Below the pieces are notes generated by a model. That model was not told where the DNA came from. It was given only the letters and a program-made list of their open reading frames with translations, and made no database searches. A DNA stretch of 64,000 bases from Acidimicrobiia bacterium (GTDB taxonomy: Bacteria > Actinomycetota > Acidimicrobiia > Spongiisociales > ZC4RG35), in contig OZ244034.1 of NCBI GenBank assembly GCA_965215185.1, positions 608,001 to 672,000 on the forward strand, given 5' to 3'. Positions 38,585 to 48,996 of this stretch are shown piece after piece. Each line of letters starts with the position of its first letter. Within the stretch, counting starts at the first letter, position 1. Both the position numbers and the translations under genes were made by a program.

Positions 38585-38743
38585 AACTCTCTATGCAACC
38601 TTTCCAGAATTCCAGCTGACCGGAAAGCCCCAAATCCTCGAACGCCCTGCCGATGGACAGTGGGGGCAATCCGGAGAAAACGCGTGGTCTCGCCAAGGAG
38701 TTTCAAAGTGGGATTAGGCTCTCCCGAGTGTTGTCTCAACGGG

Positions 38744-39133
38744 CTATTGCCACCCGGGGGGTTGATCGGAAACAATGTGAAAATCTCGTCCGGCGGGAGC
38801 GTAGATCTCCAGCAGCACTGCTTTGCTTTCCCCGGAACTCCCCGCTGCATGAGGAACGCCGGGTGGGATGAAAACCACATCGTCGGTTCGGAACTCATGG
38901 AAACGACCGTCGATCACCACCTGGACCACCCCTTCCAAAACCAGATATACGTTCTCGGCGTGTTGGTGATAGTGATAAGGGCCCATCCCCGAGTCCTGGT
39001 TGAGGACATTGATGTGCATGTCCACTTTCTGGGCGCCGTGGGCGGGTCCCACCAGATGTTTGGTGATGCCCCTATCGAGGCGCATGATGGTCTGCTCGGC
39101 TTTTGCGATGCTGGTCAGCCGCACTTTTGTCAT
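38744..39133 (-). CDS. Cupin-2 domain protein
   Basis: PYHYHQHAENVYLVLEG and DDVVFIPPGVPH motifs; AAAGGAG SD before ATG 39133. Confidence 0.9.
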   Translation of the reverse strand: MTKVRLTSIAKAEQTIMRLDRGITKHLVGPAHGAQKVDMHINVLNQDSGMGPYHYHQHAENVYLVLEGVVQVVIDGRFHEFRTDDVVFIPPGVPHAAGSSGESKAVLLEIYAPAGRDFHIVSDQPPGWQ

Positions 39134-39316
39134 ATCTGCTCCTTTGCCGAGGTGGAGACTACCCGTACAGGAATCCGCTGCAGTACCGGCCCTTGCACCC
39201 CTCCCCCGGAGCAGGCCCTCCCATCTGGAGCCCGGGACCGTGGTGAGGATCGGCTTTTTGCCGGTTTGGCTATTTAGGTACCCAACTTTGTTACCCGTCG
39301 TCCCTACATTTAGCGT

Positions 39317-41521
39317 GTGATGATGTCGAAGATTGTGCAAGGCCGGTTGGCCCCGACGATCTTCTCATGTGCTGTGATGGGGATGGTTGTGGTGGGGGGA
39401 GGATCCGCACTTGCCCAGGATCAGAGGCCGGAAGTGAGGCTTTCGGTGGAGGGTGGGATAGATGGCTGGGTTGATCCCTCCTGGCCGATGACGCTCCACG
39501 CCCGGATTGAGAGCGACATCCTCTTGGTGGGAGAGCTTTTGGTAGTGCAAGGACAAGGGGTGATCAGGGTGGAGGTGGAAGTGCCCGCCAACGGGGTGAG
39601 AAGCTTTGAAGTGGTGATGAGTCCTCCCAGGGCGGGTGGGGGAGCGGTAATCGTGCGGGTCATTCCCGAGGGCTCCCCGGATGACCAACCGGCAGCCTCG
39701 GCGCTCTTCCGGCCCCGGGTGGCTGAAGAAGAATTGCTGGTTGGATTGGTGGATCTCCCGCGCTTGGGACAGGTCCTGGGAGAAGTGCGGTCGGCGGTGA
39801 GCGGAGTGCCGATCACGCCCGTGGCGGTGGAGCATGAATCGCCGCAACTGGAGGAGGGGTATTTGTATCAGCTTTCCTATCTGGTAATGGACCAGCCGCG
39901 CCCACTGACCCCGGCCAGCGCATCCTGGCTGGAGGGAGGGGGACGGCTCATCACCACTTTTGCGGCACTGGAGTCGATGGGGCTCGATGTGACCTTCTGG
40001 GGTCTGTTCCCGGGGGTCGACGAGCAGATCGCCTGGTATGGAGTGGGGGATGGCGAGGTGCTGGCGCTCGACAGTCTGTCGGGCCGGGAGAACCGCCTGT
40101 GGGCCTTGCTGCTTCGGCCCCCGCCGCTGGCGCTGGGTGAATACGGCAATCTCGACTTTCGGGGACGGGCCTCCTTGACCCAGGCTGCCCTTTCTTCCGA
40201 CCCTCAGATACCTAGTTATCCCTGGCTGCCAGTTGTGGTGGTGCTCTACGCGCTGGTGGTCGGTCCGCTCAACCTGGGGATCCTGCGCCGTCGTGGCCGT
40301 TCGGAGTGGGCGTGGGTAACCATTCCCGTCCTCGGCTTGGCCGGGGTGGTGGCTTTCTGGATAGTTGGTGCGGGCGGGGTGAACGAAACGTTTCTGTCCC
40401 ACGGCACGGTCAAGGTGGCGGGGCCTGTTCCGGTGACGCGCAGCGGGTTGGTGGCGGCTACCAGTCGCGCCGCCAGCTTCGAGTTGATGTTCGACTCCGA
40501 CTGGGAGGTCTTTCCCTACACCATCGACGAGTTACCCGAAGACGCTGCTCAGCCGAGAATAAGCGGCGCCGGTGTCTACCGATACGATCTGCCTTCGCTG
40601 GGTTGGTTGTCTGTCAATGCCTTCCGCCGGGGAGAGCCCGTCGAAGCCGATCTGGTGGTTTCCGAACACGGCGTGGAGTTGGTGAACAACAGCTCAGCGG
40701 ACATTGCGGCGTGGGGAGTCCATTCTTTTCCGAAGGTCTTGATAGGCGAAGGGGTGCCGGCGGGTCAGAGCGGTTCTCTCAGTTGGGAGAGTGTCTTCAG
40801 TGCGGGGTCGTATCATGTTTTTGGAGATGCCTTCTGGGAACAGGGTATGTTGGGGGACAACTCTTGGGAAGGGAACGGTAGATGGCCGGAGGTGATCGGC
40901 GCACTGGAAAACACTGCGCGTTGGTCGGGAATGGTGGATGCCCCGTTCTACGTCTTTGCGGTTGCGGAGGAGACCTTCACCTACATTTCGGTGAATGGGC
41001 GATACCCGTCGGTGGAGGGGCTCACTCTCACGCTGTTTCCGATCTCCGCCGAGCAGATGGCCGAGGCGGGATGGGCGTATCCCCGTCCGGTCTGGTTGGA
41101 TAACCCTCCTGGCCAGCAGAATTTTGACCCAAATTTTGTCTTTGCCGAGCAGTGGATCGTCAGCTACCGGTTGCCGAGGGGACTTTCCAGGCCGCTTCGT
41201 TTGGAATTGGGTGGCTTTATTGGATTCGAGGGTGGCTTTGATCGCTTCGTCGCCGATACCGACTCCGAGCGGACATGGGAGGCATGGGACTGGGACGCCA
41301 CGCAGTTCTTTCCTATCGATGTCGGCGTGGACCTCGATCCCGAGCGGTTTGTGGCGCCCAGTGGTGAAGTGCTGGTAAGGGCGTTTACTAGCGATGCGGG
41401 GGTGCCGCTGCCCGTGGACGCCATTGTGGAGTGGGGGGACCTTGAGGCAGTGGTTGACTTCCCGGTCCGACTGCCGCCTGTCCCAACGGACCCCCCGAGA
41501 CCATCAGGTGGCCGCCAATGA
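39317..41521 (+). CDS. Large secreted/membrane protein of ABC-2/MoxR/vWA operons (function unknown)
   Basis: Signal peptide (ALA-Q), VEVPANG, WLEGGGRL, central TM hairpin LYALVVGPLNLGILRRRGRSEWAWVTIP. Confidence 0.7.
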   Translation: MMMSKIVQGRLAPTIFSCAVMGMVVVGGGSALAQDQRPEVRLSVEGGIDGWVDPSWPMTLHARIESDILLVGELLVVQGQGVIRVEVEVPANGVRSFEVVMSPPRAGGGAVIVRVIPEGSPDDQPAASALFRPRVAEEELLVGLVDLPRLGQVLGEVRSAVSGVPITPVAVEHESPQLEEGYLYQLSYLVMDQPRPLTPASASWLEGGGRLITTFAALESMGLDVTFWGLFPGVDEQIAWYGVGDGEVLALDSLSGRENRLWALLLRPPPLALGEYGNLDFRGRASLTQAALSSDPQIPSYPWLPVVVVLYALVVGPLNLGILRRRGRSEWAWVTIPVLGLAGVVAFWIVGAGGVNETFLSHGTVKVAGPVPVTRSGLVAATSRAASFELMFDSDWEVFPYTIDELPEDAAQPRISGAGVYRYDLPSLGWLSVNAFRRGEPVEADLVVSEHGVELVNNSSADIAAWGVHSFPKVLIGEGVPAGQSGSLSWESVFSAGSYHVFGDAFWEQGMLGDNSWEGNGRWPEVIGALENTARWSGMVDAPFYVFAVAEETFTYISVNGRYPSVEGLTLTLFPISAEQMAEAGWAYPRPVWLDNPPGQQNFDPNFVFAEQWIVSYRLPRGLSRPLRLELGGFIGFEGGFDRFVADTDSERTWEAWDWDATQFFPIDVGVDLDPERFVAPSGEVLVRAFTSDAGVPLPVDAIVEWGDLEAVVDFPVRLPPVPTDPPRPSGGRQ

Positions 41522-42450
41522 TGGTCTCCTTTTCCGGGGTGAGGAAGAGTTACCGTTCGACGGTGGCGCTTGAAGAGGTGGATATGAGCATCCCTGAGGG
41601 GACGGTGACCGGGCTGGTCGGCCCCAACGGGGCGGGGAAGACCACCTCCATACTGTTGATGAGCACCCTGTTGTCCCGCGACGCGGGGAAGGTGGAAGTG
41701 GGAGGTCTGGATCCCGAACAGGATGCCCGTGGGGTGCGCAAGTTGATCGGATACATGCCGGATTTCTTCGGGGTCTATGAGTCCCTCACCGCGGTGGAGT
41801 ATCTGCACTTCTTCGCGGCTGGCCACGGCATCGCGGCCGCTCGTCGCAACAGCCTGGCCTCCGACCTCTTGGACTTGGTGGGACTGTCCGATAAGGCGAA
41901 GGAGGATGTCAACACCCTGAGCCGGGGAATGAAACAGCGGCTCTCCCTGGCGCGGGCGCTGGTTCACGATCCCGATCTTCTGGTGCTGGACGAACCGGCC
42001 GCCGGGCTTGATCCCCGCGCCCGGGTCCATTTGCGGGAACTCATCGCCGAGTTGGGGAGGATGGGGAAGACGGTGGTGATCTCCTCTCATGTGCTTACGG
42101 AATTGGAGGGGATATGTTCGGAGATAGTTGTTATGGACGAGGGGAGGGTGGCCGCCCAGGGCAGGATGGATTCCATCCGGGCGTCGCTGACGCCCGACCG
42201 GGTAGTGCGGATGCGCCTGGTGGATGAGGATATTGACCGGGCGGTCGGGTTGTTGGAGACCGATGCGCGAGTGTCGGAACTGGCCGTGGAAAGGGGTCGA
42301 ATGAGGTTTCATCTGACAGAGGGAGACGATGTCTCTGCACAGCTTTTGGCGCACCTGGTCACCGCTGGTGTGCGGGTGGCGGAATGGCGTATCGAGGAAC
42401 TCGGTCTGGAGGAATTGTTCCTGCGTATAACCCACGGAGCGGAGCAATGA
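41518..42450 (+). CDS. ABC-2 type transporter ATP-binding protein
   Basis: GPNGAGKTT, GYMPDFFGVY, LSRGMKQR, LDEPAAGLDP, ISSH. Confidence 0.93.
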   Translation: MMVSFSGVRKSYRSTVALEEVDMSIPEGTVTGLVGPNGAGKTTSILLMSTLLSRDAGKVEVGGLDPEQDARGVRKLIGYMPDFFGVYESLTAVEYLHFFAAGHGIAAARRNSLASDLLDLVGLSDKAKEDVNTLSRGMKQRLSLARALVHDPDLLVLDEPAAGLDPRARVHLRELIAELGRMGKTVVISSHVLTELEGICSEIVVMDEGRVAAQGRMDSIRASLTPDRVVRMRLVDEDIDRAVGLLETDARVSELAVERGRMRFHLTEGDDVSAQLLAHLVTAGVRVAEWRIEELGLEELFLRITHGAEQ

Positions 42451-43412
42451 ACCCGGTTCTGGCCCGTGAGGCCCGGCAGCGGTTCCGGGGACGAAAGGTC
42501 TGGCTGGTGATCGCCGGTTGGGTGATAGTGGTTGGGTTGTTGAGTTATCTGTTTTTCTTTATGGGGCGGACGTTCCAACTTGATTTCTTCTCCCCCAGGG
42601 GCCCGCTGTCGGGTCTCAACCAGGCCGGGCAGTGGGTTTTTGAGGGCATGAGCCTGGTCTTGCTCACCGCCGTTATGTTCATGGTTCCCGGCCTCACCGC
42701 CCTGTCGATAGTCGGTGAGCGAGAACGCCAGACCCTCCACCTCATCCAGGTCACCCAGTTGTCTCCGTTGGGGATTGTGGTGGGCAAGCTGTTTTCCTCG
42801 GTGGGTTACTTCGTTGTGCTGATAGTGGCGGTGATTCCCCTTTTGGGCATTCCCCTGGCTTTCGGAGCGGTGGGTCTGGTGGATGTGCTGGCGGTGCTGG
42901 GGATGTTGATTCTGACCGTTGCGATGCTGGCCTCGGTTTCGATCTGGGTTTCATCGTGGGCCCGATCCAACCGGGGGGCGGTGGCCCTCTCCTATCTTCT
43001 GGCGGTGGCGATCTTTTTGGGCTCCTTCGTGATGATGGGCGTGGAGGCATTGGCCATCCGGGACGACATCGATGACGACGGCCGGGAACTGGTCAGCACC
43101 TGGTTCAACCCCTACGTGGCGTTGGCGGATGCGGTCACATTCCCATATGATGATTCTGCGGGTTTCTTCGAGGGCGCGAACTTGCCGACTCCTCTCGAAC
43201 CCTTCGAGCTCTTGGTGATGCTGCGCCAGGGTGACAACCTGGCCGAGGAGGGGTTCCTGGGGTTTCGTCGGATACCGGGATGGATCCTCACCACCTTGGT
43301 CTATGGGCTGATCACCGCCCTCTGTCTGTGGAGTGCCGCTCGTCGAGTCACCGCTCCGCGGCCGGCGCCGCTCCGGCGAAAACGCGCCCGCGCGCCTGAT
43401 GTATCCACTTGA
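42447..43412 (+). CDS. ABC-2 type permease
   Basis: MNPVLARE, PGLTALSIVGERERQTL, IVVGKL, about 6 TM helices. Confidence 0.88.
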   Translation: MNPVLAREARQRFRGRKVWLVIAGWVIVVGLLSYLFFFMGRTFQLDFFSPRGPLSGLNQAGQWVFEGMSLVLLTAVMFMVPGLTALSIVGERERQTLHLIQVTQLSPLGIVVGKLFSSVGYFVVLIVAVIPLLGIPLAFGAVGLVDVLAVLGMLILTVAMLASVSIWVSSWARSNRGAVALSYLLAVAIFLGSFVMMGVEALAIRDDIDDDGRELVSTWFNPYVALADAVTFPYDDSAGFFEGANLPTPLEPFELLVMLRQGDNLAEEGFLGFRRIPGWILTTLVYGLITALCLWSAARRVTAPRPAPLRRKRARAPDVST

Positions 43413-44937
43413 GCCCCTCGTCGGGCTGGTGGCTTCGGCCCGCCGCCGCCTCTGGTTCACGCGGCTGATTGGGGATTTGGCGCTGGGAGTGGGAGTAGGC
43501 GCGTCGGGCGCGGCGGCGGTGTGGGGGGTCTCCCGGGTGGTGGTGTTTCCCTGGGCTGACCTGGTGGCGACCGGGTTGCTTTTCGGGGCATTGGTTGCGG
43601 TCCTTTCATGGTGGGTTTTCCATCGTCCCACTTCCGCCCAGGCTGCCCTGTGGGCTGACCATCGGCTAAGGGGAGAAGACCGGCTCTCCACTGCCTGGGA
43701 GCTATCTCGAACCGACCACCCGGGAACCGTGGAGCTTCGGCAGATGGCCGAGGCGGGTAGGTGGGCTGCCGAGGCGGATTCCCGTAGCTTGGGTGGGGAT
43801 TTGCCTCCGAAGAGGATGTTGGTCTTGGTGGGGTTGGCGGTGGCGGCCGCCCTGGTGTTGGCGGTGGCGCCCTCGGTTACCGATAAGGCCCTGGCAGACT
43901 CAAGAGAGGTGAAGGAGGCCGTGGAGCGGGAGAAGGCGCTGGTGGAGAATCTTGCCTCCCAGGCACCTGAAGAGTTGGCCGAGGAACTGCGGGAATTGAG
44001 GGACCGGCTGGATGAGGCCGATACTTTGGAGGAAGCCCTATCGGAACTCTCCTCCTCCCGTCTGGCCCTGGAGGAACGTCTCGGCCCTAACCGGTTGGCC
44101 GAAAGTACCGCCTTGGCAGGGTTGGCCTCCCGCCTGTCCCAGAACCCGGTGGGCAGGGGTGACGACCCCGCCTCGCAGCTATCGGATTTGGCCTCCTCTC
44201 TTGAGGGGATGTCGGCGGCCCAAAGACAGGCCGTAGCAGACGAACTGGCCGAACGGTCGGCCGATTTTGCGGGAACCAACGACGAGCTTTCCGCAGCACT
44301 GTCGGAGGCGGCCTCTGCCCTGGCCGGGGACGGGTCTTTCGACATCGGACAGGCCTCCGCCGCTCTGCAGCAGGCCGCCGGGCAAATCTCTTCGGCTCAG
44401 CAGCAGGCGTCGCGAGCTGCTGCTGCGGCGGCAACTGCGGCTCAGTTGGCCGAGGCGGGAGCACGCTTGAGGAACGCCCAACAGGGGGGAGAGGGCAGTG
44501 GGCAGTCCGGTTCCGGGGACGGCCAAGGTTCGGGTCAGGGATCGGGGTCTGGTCAAGGTGAGGGCCAGGGTCAGGGATCAGGTGGTGGGGCTGGAGGTCA
44601 AGGTGGAGGGCAAACGAATCGTTCGGGAATGGGCCAAGGCTCGGTTACCGGGGTCGGAGACAACGATCCCGCCACTGCGCCCCGGTACTCCTCTTCTGTT
44701 TTCGAGCCCCCCGCCGGCGGCTTGGGAGAAGAAGTTCGGGTCCCTATCGGCGCTACCGGTTCCGGTGAAGTGGTGGGTTCTGCAACCGCCCCATCGGTTG
44801 CCAATGCGCCACTGATTTCCTACACCGAGCGCTTGGCGGAGTACCGGTCCGAGGCCTTGGCCTCGCTGGAACGCCGCTCGCTCCCCTCTCATTTGACCGA
44901 AGTCGTCCACAGCTATTTCACGGAGTTGGAACCATGA
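43399..44937 (+). CDS. Membrane-anchored coiled-coil protein with Gly/Gln/Ser-rich tail (DUF4175-like architecture)
   Basis: Three TM helices, DRLSTAWE, long helical Ala/Glu/Leu region, GQGSG-rich tract, C-terminal LP....VV.SYF..L. Confidence 0.7.
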   Translation: MYPLEPLVGLVASARRRLWFTRLIGDLALGVGVGASGAAAVWGVSRVVVFPWADLVATGLLFGALVAVLSWWVFHRPTSAQAALWADHRLRGEDRLSTAWELSRTDHPGTVELRQMAEAGRWAAEADSRSLGGDLPPKRMLVLVGLAVAAALVLAVAPSVTDKALADSREVKEAVEREKALVENLASQAPEELAEELRELRDRLDEADTLEEALSELSSSRLALEERLGPNRLAESTALAGLASRLSQNPVGRGDDPASQLSDLASSLEGMSAAQRQAVADELAERSADFAGTNDELSAALSEAASALAGDGSFDIGQASAALQQAAGQISSAQQQASRAAAAAATAAQLAEAGARLRNAQQGGEGSGQSGSGDGQGSGQGSGSGQGEGQGQGSGGGAGGQGGGQTNRSGMGQGSVTGVGDNDPATAPRYSSSVFEPPAGGLGEEVRVPIGATGSGEVVGSATAPSVANAPLISYTERLAEYRSEALASLERRSLPSHLTEVVHSYFTELEP

Positions 44938-45920
44938 GCAACACCCCATCTGTAGAACCGGCCGAGTTCTCCGCCCGCCTCGATCAGGCCCGAGCCGAAA
45001 TCGCCAAGGTGATTGTCGGCCAGACGGCTCTGGTCGAAAAGGTCCTGGTAGCGGTGCTGTGCGAAGGACATCTCCTCTTGGAGGGAGTTCCCGGGCTCGG
45101 CAAGACCCGCCTGCTCACCACCTTGGGTCAGGTGCTGCAGATCGGGTTCGGGCGCATCTCTTTTACTCCCGACCTGATGCCGGCCGACATCGTGGGCACC
45201 AATGTTCTGCAGTCTGGTGAATTCCGTTTCCATGCCGGGCCGGTGTTTACCAATCTGGTTCTGGCCGACGAGATCAATCGGGCCACCCCCAAGACTCAGT
45301 CGGCCCTCTTGGAGGCAATGGCAGAGCGGCGGGTGACAGTGGCGGGTGCAACCCGCCCGCTACCTCGGCCTTTTATGGTGATGGCCACCCAGAACCCTTT
45401 GGAGATGGAAGGGACCTACCCACTTCCCGAGGCGCAATTGGACCGGTTCATGCTCAAGGAATTGGTGCCCTTTCCTCCTTCCGATGATCTGGTGGAGATA
45501 CTCCGTCGCACCACCGGTGGGCCTGAGGCCCGGCCCGAGGGTGTCTTGGAGGGAAGCCATCTCACCGCGATGGCCGCGATGGTCCGGCAACTTCCCGCCG
45601 GCAAGCACCTGCTTCGATACGCCTCCACCCTGGTGGGCGCCACCCATCCCGACTCCCCGGGCGCCACCGAAGGTATTCGCCGCTATGTGCGGGCAGGGGC
45701 CAGTCCCAGGGGAGCGCAAGCCCTCATCCTGGGAGGAAAGGCCCTGGCAGTGATGGACGGGCGCCCCAATCTGTCGGCGGGCGACATCCGCCTACTGGCT
45801 CATCCGGCTCTTCGGCACCGATTGGTTCTGGGATACGAGGCGGTGGTGGACGGCGTCACCTCCGATCGGTTGATAGACGAAGTGCTGGAGGCTCATCCCG
45901 AGCCGGTGGCTGAGGGCTGA
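44934..45920 (+). CDS. moxR: MoxR family AAA+ ATPase
   Basis: GHLLLEGVPGLGKT, FTPDLMPAD, LADEINRATPKTQSALLEAM, ATQNPLE.EGTYPLPEAQLDRF. Confidence 0.95.
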   Translation: MSNTPSVEPAEFSARLDQARAEIAKVIVGQTALVEKVLVAVLCEGHLLLEGVPGLGKTRLLTTLGQVLQIGFGRISFTPDLMPADIVGTNVLQSGEFRFHAGPVFTNLVLADEINRATPKTQSALLEAMAERRVTVAGATRPLPRPFMVMATQNPLEMEGTYPLPEAQLDRFMLKELVPFPPSDDLVEILRRTTGGPEARPEGVLEGSHLTAMAAMVRQLPAGKHLLRYASTLVGATHPDSPGATEGIRRYVRAGASPRGAQALILGGKALAVMDGRPNLSAGDIRLLAHPALRHRLVLGYEAVVDGVTSDRLIDEVLEAHPEPVAEG

Positions 45921-46792
45921 TGCTGATCTCCGCCGACCTGCGTGAGAAACTTGGACGTTTTTCCCTGACGGCCCGGGGAAGAGTGCGGTCTGCCCACGGT
46001 GGGCGGCATTCTTCCTTCTACAAGGGCGAGAGCATCGACTTTGTTGATTTTCGCGAGTACACCCCGGGAGATGATTACCGGCGCATAGATCACTTGCTGT
46101 GGGCTCGGTTGGGGGTCCCTCTCATCAGGGAATTTGAAGCGGAGCGGGAGCTTTCGGTCCGGGTGGTGGTGGATCGGTCCCCCTCCATGGGTTTCCACGA
46201 CAAACTCCCTGCGGCCCTGCAACTGGCTGGAATGATCACCTACCTGGCTTTGGCCGGAGGGGATCGGGTGGAGCTGTGGGGTATACCCGGCATTAGGGGC
46301 GAATCAGTGGTGACGCGGGGCCCGATGGGAAGACATCTTTCTTCCTGGCCGCGGCTGGAAGCCTGGTTGGAGGGAACAAGGATTGAGCCGGATGTAGGTA
46401 GGGTGGCTCCGGCGCTGGCGGCCATCACCGCGGGAGGCGGACGTCGGTACACCGTGTTGGTGAGCGACCTGCTGGTTTCGGACTGGAGCGCGGGTCTCGA
46501 CCGGCTGGCCGTTTCGGTGGGGGGGATGGTGCTACATGTGCTGGGTACCCCTGAACTGGATCCGGAGGTGGTGGGAGATGTTCGGCTGCGTGATGCCGAA
46601 ACCGGCGAGGAGTCGGATTTCTCCGGCACGGCCGATGCCTATCAGCGTTATCGTTCCCGTCTCGACGAGTTGTGTTCGCAGATGGCGATCCGCTCGGCGC
46701 GGTCGGGTCTCCACTATCTGCTGGTGGAGGCCGGTTCCGATGTCGCGGAACGAACCATGTCCGAGTTGGCAGGGGCAAGAGTGGTCTCCTAG
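45920..46792 (+). CDS. DUF58 (vWA-like) protein
   Basis: DFVDFREYTPGDDYRRID, DRSPSM, VSDL. Confidence 0.9.
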   Translation: MLISADLREKLGRFSLTARGRVRSAHGGRHSSFYKGESIDFVDFREYTPGDDYRRIDHLLWARLGVPLIREFEAERELSVRVVVDRSPSMGFHDKLPAALQLAGMITYLALAGGDRVELWGIPGIRGESVVTRGPMGRHLSSWPRLEAWLEGTRIEPDVGRVAPALAAITAGGGRRYTVLVSDLLVSDWSAGLDRLAVSVGGMVLHVLGTPELDPEVVGDVRLRDAETGEESDFSGTADAYQRYRSRLDELCSQMAIRSARSGLHYLLVEAGSDVAERTMSELAGARVVS

Positions 46793-47151
46793 CTCATGAT
46801 GATCAGATCCCTGGGCTTCGACCTCACCTGTGCGAGTTCGGGAACGATCTGCGTGGTTTGGGATAATTACCGGCTGTTGGCGGTTGAATCTGTCCCATCC
46901 CCGTTTCATAGTGTGAACAGCCTCAAAACACCGGTAGGGACCGAACCGACGCGTAGTGCGGTCTGGGCCAGGGATCATCTTCTTTCAAGACGCCCCTCGC
47001 CGGGGACGGGCGGAGCGCGTCTTGACCAACGGCACGGTGGCGGCGGGGGAGGGCCCTTGCGGGGTGGTGGAGGCTGGAGGATTTCGCGGATTAGTGGGGC
47101 TTTTCGCGGGTTGTGCCATTTGTCTCAGAGAGAGCGGATCGGGGTGGGATT

Positions 47152-48996
47152 TTGAGTTTTCTGGTGCCGGCCGCTCTGGGGCTCTCTTCCCTGGCTCTGC
47201 CTCTGATCGCCCTCTACATGCTGCGAAGCCGTCGCGAGAGGGTCGAAATTTCGAGCCTTCTGTTGTGGGAGACGGCAGCCGACCCCCTTTCTTCTTCCCG
47301 GCCCTGGCGGCGGCTGAAAATCACCCCCTTACTCTTGATCCAACTGGCGGTTCTGGCCGCTTTTGTCTTTTCTCTGGCCCGTCCATTCGGCGCCGAAGAG
47401 GCGCGGCTGGGGGCCCATACGGTCCTGGTGTTGGACGTGTCCGGTTCCATGGGGATGGCCGGTCGCTTCGAGCGAGCGAAGGAGGAGGCCCTGGGTTGGG
47501 TTGATGAGATGTCGGGCGAGCAGTTGGTGTCGGTGATAGAGGCCGGCGCCCTACCGCGGGTGGTGGTGGCTTTCTCCCGACAACCTGACGAAGTGGCCGA
47601 AGCGGTATCCGGTGTGAAGCTAACCGGCGGGGAAGCCGACTTGGCCGAGGCCGTCCGTCTGGGAAGAGGTTTGGCCACTCCTGAACATCCTTCCGATCTG
47701 GTGTTATTCACGGATGGAGGTAATGCGGCGTTGGCCTTGGAACCGGTGGCTGCCGCCCGTCACCTTCCTTTTGACGAGACCGGCGACAACTGGGCGATCG
47801 AAGCTTTCTCACTGGAGAGAGATTCGGCGGGCGTGATCAGAGGACTGGTCTCCGTGGCCAATCACAGTGCACCCGCTGAGCCGGTGACTGTGGAAATTGA
47901 GGTTGATGGACAAGTTGCCTCCCGGATGGAACTGACCCCTCCTCCCAATGGGACGGACGAGGCGTTCATTTCTGTCCCGGCCGGTCCGGGAGCGGTGGTC
48001 CGCGCCCGATTGGTCGATGTGAGAGACTCCCTTCCCATGGACGACCAGTCTTGGGCGGCTTTGGTGGTTCCGTCTGTTACCCGGGTGGAGTTAACGGGCG
48101 TGGAATCTCCCTACCTGGGGGCCTTGTTGGCCGCCATCCCCGACCTGGAGGAGACTGACGACCCTGAAACAGCCGCGGACGTGTCGGTTGTCAACCGGGG
48201 GAGCGTTCCCGAGATCAGCGGGCCCACTTGGCTGATCCGCACCGACCCTCCGCCACCGGGATTGCGATTGACCGCATTGGCCACCAATCTGGGGGTGACA
48301 TGGCAACGACCGGGTGAACCGGTGTTGGACGATGTGAGTCTGGCCGGGACGGCCGTCGCCGAAGCGCAAGTGGTGGAGACTGATCTGTGGCTGCCGGTGG
48401 TCAAATCCGGGGATGTTCCCTTGGTGCTCCTGGGCAGGGTGGACGGGCACCGGGTGGTCTACTTCACCTTCGATCTAACCCATTCCAACCTGGTTGTGCA
48501 ACTGGCCTTTCCCTTGTTGGGGGTCAGGCTCCTGGAATGGTTGGGAGGGGAGGCGAGCGGGGGGATCCACCCCGCCCCTGCCGGAGAACCTATCCCGCTT
48601 ATAGTCACCGGCGGCGGTGTCCAGGTGGGGACTCCTGATGGAGGCTCCGTGACCCTTGGTTCGGGCGCCGCATCTTTTGTCCACACTGGTGATCCGGGGG
48701 TATACCGGATCGAGTATCTCGACGAGAACGGGCAAGTCGAACGCTCTGAACTGTCCGTAAGGCACTTCGCGGCGGTCGAGTCGCCTGCCGCATCCCGCGC
48801 AGTGGAAGTCGAGCCCGGCTCTTTTCTCTCCGATGAGAGAACCATCACCATCCGGGAATGGGGACCGTGGGTGGCGGCTCTGGCGGCTCTGCTCATGCTG
48901 GTGGAATGGTGGATGGCGCTTCGCCAACCGATGCGTCCCCGCTCCTCTCCTTCGAGAGTGGTAGGGCCCTTCCGGACTGCCAGGAGGCGGGTATGA
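47152..48996 (+). CDS. BatA-N plus vWA domain membrane protein
   Basis: N-terminal PLIALYML..SSLLLW..LARP double-TM (BatA) motif, MIDAS DVSGSM, FTDG, C-terminal TM ending EWW; TTG start. Confidence 0.85.
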   Translation: MSFLVPAALGLSSLALPLIALYMLRSRRERVEISSLLLWETAADPLSSSRPWRRLKITPLLLIQLAVLAAFVFSLARPFGAEEARLGAHTVLVLDVSGSMGMAGRFERAKEEALGWVDEMSGEQLVSVIEAGALPRVVVAFSRQPDEVAEAVSGVKLTGGEADLAEAVRLGRGLATPEHPSDLVLFTDGGNAALALEPVAAARHLPFDETGDNWAIEAFSLERDSAGVIRGLVSVANHSAPAEPVTVEIEVDGQVASRMELTPPPNGTDEAFISVPAGPGAVVRARLVDVRDSLPMDDQSWAALVVPSVTRVELTGVESPYLGALLAAIPDLEETDDPETAADVSVVNRGSVPEISGPTWLIRTDPPPPGLRLTALATNLGVTWQRPGEPVLDDVSLAGTAVAEAQVVETDLWLPVVKSGDVPLVLLGRVDGHRVVYFTFDLTHSNLVVQLAFPLLGVRLLEWLGGEASGGIHPAPAGEPIPLIVTGGGVQVGTPDGGSVTLGSGAASFVHTGDPGVYRIEYLDENGQVERSELSVRHFAAVESPAASRAVEVEPGSFLSDERTITIREWGPWVAALAALLMLVEWWMALRQPMRPRSSPSRVVGPFRTARRRV

